This document shows, in pieces, positions 25,339 through 32,000 of a DNA stretch of 32,000 bases. The stretch's first letter is position 1; each line of letters begins with the position of its first letter. The notes beneath the pieces were generated by a model. That model did no database searches, was not told the DNA's origin, and was given only the letters and a program-made list of their open reading frames with translations. This DNA comes from Acaryochloris thomasi RCC1774. GTDB taxonomy: Bacteria; Cyanobacteriota; Cyanobacteriia; Thermosynechococcales; Thermosynechococcaceae. The stretch lies in NCBI RefSeq assembly GCF_003231495.1, contig NZ_PQWO01000005.1, forward strand, positions 60,001 through 92,000, read 5' to 3'. Made by a program: the position numbers and the translations under genes.

Positions 25339-28300
25339 ATGTCTAACTCTGACCCATCAGAGTCGCAATTATTAGTGGATTCTCAGAATTCTCATCCCCT
25401 TCTAGTCGTAGGGATAGGAGCCTCTGCTGGCGGTCTCAAGGCACTGGAGCAGTTCTTTGAAAACATGCCCCAAGGCAGTGGAGCAGCCTTCGTGGTCATT
25501 CAGCATCTCTCTCCCGACTTTAAGAGTCTTATGAATGAGCTGCTGGGACGACGCACTCAAATGGGTATCTATAAAGTAGAAGAGGGCATGGCCTTAGAGC
25601 CAAACGCCATTTACCTGATACCCCCAGGAAAAAACCTCGTTATCGAAGAGAACCGTCTCCGTCTATCCGATCAACATCGGGGAACAGGTTCTCCCCTCAA
25701 CCTTCCCATTGACATCTTTTTCCAGTCCCTAGCCAAACACTGTGCAGAGCGCTCCATTGGAATTGTTCTTTCTGGGACAGGCAGCGACGGCACCCGTGGA
25801 CTTCAAGATATTCACCAAGCCGGCGGCATTGCCTTAGTTCAAGATCCCACAACGGCTGAGTTTGACGGGATGCCCCAGAGCGCTATTAACACAGACATTA
25901 TTGATCAGGTCGCTCCACCTTCAGAACTCGCCCAAGTCATTTACCACTTCAGCCAGTCCCCTATTGATGCCCAGCAGTTTAGGGCTGAGACCAGTCTCCT
26001 ACGCGCAGGTTCACAAAAACTGCAGCACATTATTTCCATTTTGGCTGAGCAAGGCCAGTTTGATTTTTCTCACTACAAACCCAATACGTTAAGTCGTCGG
26101 ATTCATCGCCGCTGCGTCATTGCAGGGTTTACCGATCTTGATGACTATATTGAGTACTTAACCAACACAGCCACAGAGCAGGCACTGCTCCGCACCAATC
26201 TACTGATCAGCGTCACCCGTTTCTTTAGAGATCTAGACGCCTGGGACTTTATCGAACAGGAGGTGATGCCGCAGCTCGTAGCGAACACAAAAGAGAAGAC
26301 TCAGCTCCGTATTTGGGTCACAGCCTGTGCCACGGGTGAAGAAGCCTACTCAATGGCTATCCTTGCCCATGAAGCCATTAAACGCTCTGGGCGATCCATT
26401 GACGTCAAGATTTTTGCCACTGATGTTCATGTGGCAGCCTTAGAAAAAGCGGCCCAAGGCGTTTACCCGGCCAGCATTGCCAATGACTTAACAGAAGAGC
26501 GTCTCCAACACTATTTCACCCCAAAAGAGAATACCTTCGAAGTCAGCCGCCAACTGCGAGAGATGCTGATTTTTGCCCCTCACAATTTGGGTAAAGATGC
26601 AGGCTTCACGCGCATGAGCTTGGTGAGCTGCCGCAATGTTTTGATTTATCTGCAACCTGACCTGCAGCAGCGGGTGCTGCGCAATCTTCACTTTTCGCTA
26701 ATCGCTCAGGGCGTCCTGTTTTTGGGGGAATCAGAAACCCTAGCCGACCTGCAAGAAGAGTTCGGCACCCTGCATCAACGGAATAAAATTTTTCAGAAAC
26801 TGCGGGATGTTCGCCTCCCAATTAGTATGCAGGGGTCAGGTCAACTTTCAAGTCCAGTCTCTCGCTATACAGCCCAGACTATCAGTCCACCACGACTCGA
26901 TCCAATGCTGAGTGAGGCATTTAAGTCGTTCTTAGTGGCGGGCAATATCACCTGCTTAATCGTTGATCCAGATCATCAACTCCTCCATGTCTGTGGCGAT
27001 CCGCTCAACATACTGCAGATGCCAGACGGTCCCGTCACTCGAGAGTTGACAAAGATGGTGCCGCAGCCGTTGCAGCTCCCGCTCAGCACAGCACTTCATA
27101 GAGCACAGCGGAATCAAGAAACAGTAGAGTACACAGGCATTCAGCTAACTGGGGAAGACACAGCTCAAAGTATCAACTTGAAGGTCACCTATCATCAAAG
27201 CAGTAAATTAGGCAAAGCCTTTATATTGGTCGCAATTTCGTCGGTGGAGTCCTTATCCTTAGGTATCACTACTGCTGCCCAAACCTTTGAAGCAGATACA
27301 GAAGTCACCCAGCGAATTATGCAGTTAGAGCATGAACTGCAGCAAACTCGTGAAAATTTACAGGCCACAATTGAAGAGCTAGAAACCACCAATGAAGAGC
27401 AGCAGGCGACCAATGAAGAGCTGGTCGCTTCTAATGAGGAGCTGCAGAGTACAAATGAAGAGCTACACGCCGTTAATGAAGAACTCTACACCGTTAATGC
27501 AGAGTACCAATCTAAAATTCAAGAACTCACTGACCTCAACAATGACGTTGATAATTTGCTCAGCAATATTGATATTGGCGTCATCTTTCTAGACGCAAAG
27601 CTAAGAATTCGGAAGTTTACCTCTGCTGCAACTCAATTCTTGAACCTCGTCAATGCGGATGTGGGTCGGCCTCTGGGTCATTTTTCCCATAACCTTGACT
27701 GCCCTGACCTGCTGGAGACGCTAACGACAGTCATGGAGACAGACGACTCCATTGAGCAGGAAGTGAGCGTTAATTCAGGCGGTGCCCCACTATTAATGCG
27801 GGTTCATCCTTATCGTCTTCAAGGTCAGCAATCGCAAGGTGTTGTCCTGACCTTCGTGAATATCAGCACCATCAAACAGGCTCAGGTACTGCTGCGACAG
27901 GAAGTCAACGATCGCAAGCGGGCTGAAGCGGCTCTACAAACCCTCAATAAGACACTGGAGCAGCGGGTCAAGGAGCAAACTGCTGAACTGTTACTAGCCA
28001 ATCGCCAGCTATTGCAAGAGGTCTCTGAGCGTAAGCAAGTTCAGGCAGAACTCGATCAATTTTTTGAGGTGTCCCTTCACTTACTGTGTATTGCCAATGT
28101 TGATGGCTACTTTAAGCGGCTCAATCCCAGCTTTGAAAAAATATTGGGGCACAGTTCCGCTGAACTCCTAGAGCGACCGTTCGTTGACTTTATTCATCCA
28201 GATGACATCAACGCGACACTCGCTGAAGTTAACAAACAGTCCCAGGGTTTTAGAACAGCTTACTTTGAAAACCGCTATCGCTGCCGAGACGGATCCTATC

Positions 28301-29850
28301 GCTGGTTGGCTTGGTCCAGCGTTCCTGCACCAGATGGCAGGATCTACGCAACCGCCAGTGACATCACAGAGCTTAAGCATACACAAGCTTCTTTACGTCT
28401 CAAGAACGCGGAGTTAGATGCTATTTTTCGTGCCCTGCCAGACGCTGTTGTGTTTGCCGATCTAGATCGGCAAATTCAAATGGTAAACCCTGCCTTCAAT
28501 GAGCTTTTCGGCTACACTACGGCAGATATTCTGGGTCAGTCGACTCAGCGACTCTATGCCAATCCCACAGACTACGAAGCCCAGAGCCAAACTCGGTTTA
28601 ACTTAGAAGCTGCGGATCAACTCAAGCCCTATGAAATTTGCTACCGTCACCAGGATGGAGAGACCTTTCCAGCTGAAACGGTCGGCACCACGGTTCAAGC
28701 TGAAAATGGAGAGACGGTGGGATTTATTGGGGTCGTGCGAGATATTCGCGATCGCAAAGCCACAGAACGCAGCATTCAACGTCAGCTGGTCGCAATGGAA
28801 TCAGCAAGCATCGGCATTGCGATGCTCAATGCTGGTCGATTTATTTACGTCAATCAGGCCCATAGTCACCTCTTTGGCTTTAGTGGGTCTCAAGCTTTAA
28901 TCGACCAGCCCTGGCAAAGTCTCTACGAAGCAGATCAAATAGCCGTTATTGAGCAAGAAATCTTTCCACAATTACAGGAAAAGGGTTACTGGAAAGGAGA
29001 AGTTCAGGCAAAGCGCCAGGATGGACAGCTCTTTGACGAAGAGCTGTCTCTGTCCTTGACCCCTGCAGGTGATCTCATCTGTCTCTGCCAAGACATCACC
29101 GAGCGCAAGCAGGTTGAGAATCACCAAGAGAGTCTTTTGGATGCCCTGACCCGCTCCAATCGGGATCTTGAGCAGTTTGCCTACGTCGCCTCCCACGACC
29201 TTCGAGAACCGCTCCGTAAAGTCAAAAGCTTTTCTGAATTGTTGGTACAGGGCTACAGAGAGCAGTTAGATAGCAATGCCCGACAATATATCGACTTCAT
29301 GACCAGCGGTGTGGAGCGCATGGAAGCCCTGATTCAAGACCTGTTGACCTACTCGCGTCTCAGTCAAGACACCAACACACTCGTCGAGGTTGATCTTGGG
29401 ACAACGTTAAAGGCTGTATTGCAGGACCTAGCATTGCTCATTGATGAGCACCAAGCCTCTATTACCTATTGCGATAGCGAGCTGCCCACAATCACAGCAA
29501 ATGCCATGGCTATGCAGCAGCTCTTTCTCAACCTGATCAGCAATGCCATTAAGTTCAGAAGCGACAAACCACCCACTATCAACATTTCTGTTCAAAAGCA
29601 GCCGCAAGGATGGCTCATTGCTGTAGAGGATAACGGAATCGGGCTTGATCAAAAATTCAAGGACCGTATTTTTGTGATCTTTCAGCGCCTCCATAGCCGT
29701 ACCCAGTATCCTGGAACGGGGATTGGTCTCGCACTTTGTCGGAAAATTATAGAAAATCTTGGCGGACGAATCTGGGTTGAGTCAGAAGTGGGTCAAGGCT
29801 CTACTTTTTACTTCACGCTGCCGCAGGAGTTCAATATGCTCATGCACTGA
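25339..29850 (+). CDS. CheB-like methylesterase / CheR-like methyltransferase / multi-PAS sensor histidine kinase
   Basis: CheB motifs: [32 protein letters not shown]. CheR motifs: [34 protein letters not shown]. These are followed by an NEEL heptad coiled coil, about four PAS-like segments, the H-box [16 protein letters not shown] and an HATPase region ([21 protein letters not shown]). The ORF track starts at TTG 25285. ATG 25339 (MSNSDPSE), preceded by GGGGGA, is preferred. Confidence 0.88.
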   Translation: MSNSDPSESQLLVDSQNSHPLLVVGIGASAGGLKALEQFFENMPQGSGAAFVVIQHLSPDFKSLMNELLGRRTQMGIYKVEEGMALEPNAIYLIPPGKNLVIEENRLRLSDQHRGTGSPLNLPIDIFFQSLAKHCAERSIGIVLSGTGSDGTRGLQDIHQAGGIALVQDPTTAEFDGMPQSAINTDIIDQVAPPSELAQVIYHFSQSPIDAQQFRAETSLLRAGSQKLQHIISILAEQGQFDFSHYKPNTLSRRIHRRCVIAGFTDLDDYIEYLTNTATEQALLRTNLLISVTRFFRDLDAWDFIEQEVMPQLVANTKEKTQLRIWVTACATGEEAYSMAILAHEAIKRSGRSIDVKIFATDVHVAALEKAAQGVYPASIANDLTEERLQHYFTPKENTFEVSRQLREMLIFAPHNLGKDAGFTRMSLVSCRNVLIYLQPDLQQRVLRNLHFSLIAQGVLFLGESETLADLQEEFGTLHQRNKIFQKLRDVRLPISMQGSGQLSSPVSRYTAQTISPPRLDPMLSEAFKSFLVAGNITCLIVDPDHQLLHVCGDPLNILQMPDGPVTRELTKMVPQPLQLPLSTALHRAQRNQETVEYTGIQLTGEDTAQSINLKVTYHQSSKLGKAFILVAISSVESLSLGITTAAQTFEADTEVTQRIMQLEHELQQTRENLQATIEELETTNEEQQATNEELVASNEELQSTNEELHAVNEELYTVNAEYQSKIQELTDLNNDVDNLLSNIDIGVIFLDAKLRIRKFTSAATQFLNLVNADVGRPLGHFSHNLDCPDLLETLTTVMETDDSIEQEVSVNSGGAPLLMRVHPYRLQGQQSQGVVLTFVNISTIKQAQVLLRQEVNDRKRAEAALQTLNKTLEQRVKEQTAELLLANRQLLQEVSERKQVQAELDQFFEVSLHLLCIANVDGYFKRLNPSFEKILGHSSAELLERPFVDFIHPDDINATLAEVNKQSQGFRTAYFENRYRCRDGSYRWLAWSSVPAPDGRIYATASDITELKHTQASLRLKNAELDAIFRALPDAVVFADLDRQIQMVNPAFNELFGYTTADILGQSTQRLYANPTDYEAQSQTRFNLEAADQLKPYEICYRHQDGETFPAETVGTTVQAENGETVGFIGVVRDIRDRKATERSIQRQLVAMESASIGIAMLNAGRFIYVNQAHSHLFGFSGSQALIDQPWQSLYEADQIAVIEQEIFPQLQEKGYWKGEVQAKRQDGQLFDEELSLSLTPAGDLICLCQDITERKQVENHQESLLDALTRSNRDLEQFAYVASHDLREPLRKVKSFSELLVQGYREQLDSNARQYIDFMTSGVERMEALIQDLLTYSRLSQDTNTLVEVDLGTTLKAVLQDLALLIDEHQASITYCDSELPTITANAMAMQQLFLNLISNAIKFRSDKPPTINISVQKQPQGWLIAVEDNGIGLDQKFKDRIFVIFQRLHSRTQYPGTGIGLALCRKIIENLGGRIWVESEVGQGSTFYFTLPQEFNMLMH
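27388..27513 (+). repeat. Six tandem 21-nt (heptad) repeats encoding xNEELxx within the kinase
   Basis: [42 protein letters not shown]. This is an in-register heptad periodicity, i.e. a coiled coil between the CheR module and the first PAS. Confidence 0.85.
28748..28755. repeat. HIP1 palindrome GCGATCGC
   Basis: Exact match, inside the kinase gene. Confidence 0.9.
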
Positions 29851-29857
29851 ACCGATA

Positions 29858-30334
29858 TTAAGCTAAGAAGTTCGGCAACACCATAGCTTGTGTCTCCGTG
29901 GTGTTCGTAAGAGCTGGATCGCTTTGACGCCTATTGGACTGTAGAACGAACTTAAGAATATCGTCGGCACATGTCTTTGTCAGTGGCTTAGAACAGCTAG
30001 TCAAGATTTCTGGAAATTGCGCGATCTGCTCAAGAACATGAGGGGACAAATGCGTTGCTAATAAAACAACTTCTGTCTGCCTAGAAACCTTGAGATCACG
30101 ACAAGCCCTTAGAAACTCAAAGCCATCCATGCGAGGCAGGTGGATATCTAAAAAGATTAGATCGACAGCTTCATGATCACTGGCCTGCAAATATTCCAGT
30201 GCCTCATCAGCGTAGAGGAATTCATGAACCGTTTCGATTAAGCCAGACGACTCAAGATGAATACGATGAATGTAGTTGTCAGCTCCATCATCGTCTATTA
30301 AGAGAACTGACTTAAGTTTGCCTAGCGGGTGCAT
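29858..30334 (-). CDS. Stand-alone response-regulator receiver protein
   Basis: It has the acidic pocket LLIDDD, the phospho-acceptor context LIFLDIHLPRMDG and the conserved Lys in CSKPL. There is no output domain. Its stop codon is 7 bp from the kinase stop codon (convergent). Confidence 0.82.
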   Translation of the reverse strand: MHPLGKLKSVLLIDDDGADNYIHRIHLESSGLIETVHEFLYADEALEYLQASDHEAVDLIFLDIHLPRMDGFEFLRACRDLKVSRQTEVVLLATHLSPHVLEQIAQFPEILTSCSKPLTKTCADDILKFVLQSNRRQSDPALTNTTETQAMVLPNFLA

Positions 30335-30432
30335 AAATTCTATTTTCAGACAGCCTGAAATGATCGACTACATTCAGTGTGCCCGCTTAGATCAGGGAGT
30401 CTTACCTTGCTGACAATAGGGTGGTGAAAAAA

Positions 30433-30873
30433 TCATTCATTCTGCAACGGTAGCTCGGCAGTCGTGAGCCAGAAGTGCTGGACTTGCTCAACCATTTGCA
30501 TAAACTGATCCAGGTCGCTCGGCTTCCTTACGTAGCAATTAGCTCCCAGTGCATAGGTCCCCAAGATATCTTCATCTGCATCTGAGGTTGTCAACACAAC
30601 CACAGGAATTGACTTGAAATTTTTTTCTTGTTTGACAGTCTGTAAAACTTCTTTGCCGCTCAGGCCAGGTAAATTCAAATCTAAAAGAATTAAGTTGGGG
30701 CGTTGTACGTTGGCATACTGACCCTCATTGCGTAGATAACTAAGTGCATCCTGTCCATTACCCACCACGTTAAGGTCTAGGGCAGCCCCAGTGCGAGCTA
30801 GACCAATGCGAGTGAGTTCAGCATCACCGGGATCATCTTCAACTAACAGAACTTGAAAATTACGGGATGTCAT
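30433..30873 (-). CDS. Stand-alone CheY/Rcp-like response-regulator receiver protein
   Basis: VLLVEDDPGDAELT, LILLDLNLPGLSGKEVL, PVVVLTTS, YVRKP and the C-terminal HFW are typical of cyanobacterial Rcp1-type single-domain regulators. Confidence 0.88.
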   Translation of the reverse strand: MTSRNFQVLLVEDDPGDAELTRIGLARTGAALDLNVVGNGQDALSYLRNEGQYANVQRPNLILLDLNLPGLSGKEVLQTVKQEKNFKSIPVVVLTTSDADEDILGTYALGANCYVRKPSDLDQFMQMVEQVQHFWLTTAELPLQNE

Positions 30874-31065
30874 TATGACTCAACTACTTAGCAAGGATTC
30901 AGATTGACTCAATGCGATCTATTAATGATTGTAGTTCAGCTTTGTTCTATCAGGTTTTCTTTACAATCCCTGAGACCGAACTACAGTGAGAAATATTCGG
31001 CAGATGCAGGACTGTTATCGTTACAATGATGTGTAGAGTTAATAAATGTTAAAGATTTAGGTTTC

Positions 31066-32000
31066 ATGGTCCCGATTCAGCAACCGCTTACCCATAGACC
31101 GAAGCCTCCGATGTGGCTGTTGGGCTTGATGGGAGCAGGAATTGTGCTTGGAGTCTCAGGAGTATATGTGATCGGCCAGAGTGCATCTGGCGATATTGAT
31201 CTCAATCAGCTAACAGTTCCCGTCAAATCAGAAAGTTTAACGCTTCGGATCGCTGCCAGCGGAACGCTGATTCCTGCTCAGAACGTCAATCTCAGCCCTA
31301 AGGTCGCAGGCGTTGTAGCGCAGCTTCTCGTTGAGCAGGGCGATCAGGTTGAGCAGGGTCAAGTGATTGCTCGCATGGATCGCCGCGACTTAGAAGGGCA
31401 GATTATTCAAGCCCGAGCTTCTGTCGCTCAAGCTCAGGCAAGATTGGCAGAGCTACGGGCCGGAAATCGGGTTGAAGAGGTGGCGCAGGCACAGGCTCGG
31501 ATGTCTCAAGCGCAGGCCGAATTGGCACGCCGCCGAGATCGTCGCCCAGAGGCAGTGGCCGAAGCCAGCAGTCAAGTCGCAGCCGCTGAATCCATGGCAA
31601 AACTCTCCCAAAAGCGGGTGGACCGCTATCAGGGCTTAGCGGAGGCTGGGGCTGAAACGCGCGATCGTGTGGATGAAGTCATTGCAGACAATCAGAATGC
31701 CCAGGCAATGCTGCGAGAGGCTAGAATGCGGCTCCAGAGGGTCCAAAACGAGACGGAGAGAGAGGTCCAGCAGTCTGTTGCCAGCGTTCAAGAGGCTCAG
31801 CAAGCGTTCCGTTTATCTCAACAGGGCACACGTCCCGAAGAAATTGCGCAAGCTGTTGCCGCGACTCGAGAAGCTGAGGGTCGCTTGCGAATCGTTGAAA
31901 ATCAATTTCGAGATACAGACATTCGCGCCCCGTTTGCAGGGATTATCACGCAGAAGTTTGCCTCCGTGGGCGCTTTTGTCACCCCCACGACCTCAGCATC
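31066..32000 (+). CDS. HlyD/MacA/DevB-family membrane-fusion (periplasmic adaptor) protein, 3' end outside window
   Basis: My own translation from ATG 31066 (the ORF is absent from the track because it has no stop in the window): MVPIQQPLTHRPKPPMWLLGLMGAGIVLGVSGVYVIG (one TM helix). It continues with LSPKVAGVVAQLLVEQGDQVEQGQVIARMD (lipoyl-like hairpin), a long Ala/Gln/Arg coiled coil, and DIRAPFAGIITQKFASVGAFVTP. Confidence 0.85.
   Translation, partial: MVPIQQPLTHRPKPPMWLLGLMGAGIVLGVSGVYVIGQSASGDIDLNQLTVPVKSESLTLRIAASGTLIPAQNVNLSPKVAGVVAQLLVEQGDQVEQGQVIARMDRRDLEGQIIQARASVAQAQARLAELRAGNRVEEVAQAQARMSQAQAELARRRDRRPEAVAEASSQVAAAESMAKLSQKRVDRYQGLAEAGAETRDRVDEVIADNQNAQAMLREARMRLQRVQNETEREVQQSVASVQEAQQAFRLSQQGTRPEEIAQAVAATREAEGRLRIVENQFRDTDIRAPFAGIITQKFASVGAFVTPTTSA

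Noticed and set aside
30874-31065. Promoter calls in the divergent region between the Rcp-like receiver and the adaptor gene (TACAAT at about 30962 and 31022).
   Set aside because: The -10-like hexamers lack convincing -35 partners or any regulator motif that I can recognise. The evidence is too thin to report as features.
31403-31600. 65-aa minus-strand ORF inside the adaptor gene.
   Set aside because: It is antisense to the coiled-coil region of a well-supported gene, and its Pro/Leu-rich translation has no motifs.

Overview
Chromosomal window that looks cyanobacterial. Support: eight perfect HIP1 palindromes (GCGATCGC), a textbook NtcA-activated promoter, a nirA-nrtP-narB nitrate-assimilation operon, and Rcp-like receivers. 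All homology calls come from reading the translations and from memory; no searches were run. (1) Bases 1-17497, 55% of the window, are a head-to-tail array of four giant paralogous genes on the + strand. Gene A is cut by the left edge; B is 1582 aa, C about 1659 aa, D 1600 aa. B, C and D share one plan: 7-blade FG-GAP propeller, ~135-aa module, cadherin/VCBS-like domain, second 7-blade propeller, second module, 18 uninterrupted RTX nonapeptides, ~68-aa C-terminal tail. None has an N-terminal signal peptide. This is the best candidate for something undescribed: a multi-copy family of Ca-dependent proteins that are probably type-I secreted or surface-located. Their 3' ends show a patchwork of shared variants, suggesting gene conversion. 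Function cannot be read from the sequence. (2) Bases 17503-23663, minus strand, hold narB, nrtP and nirA, driven by GTA-N8-TAC-N22-TATCTT. NirA carries a C-terminal plant-type 2Fe-2S ferredoxin domain. Gene D and narB converge with only 5 bp between their stop codons. (3) A HEAT-repeat gene lies divergent from nirA and is followed by a ~410-bp AT-rich non-coding region. Next come a ~1500-aa CheB-CheR-PAS-histidine kinase, two stand-alone receiver genes, and the 5' part of a HlyD/MacA/DevB-family adaptor gene running off the right edge. I found no tRNA, rRNA, CRISPR array, transposase or integrase. Several ORF-track starts look over-extended (gene C, narB, nirA, HEAT gene, kinase) and are adjusted below. 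Domain boundaries are approximate.
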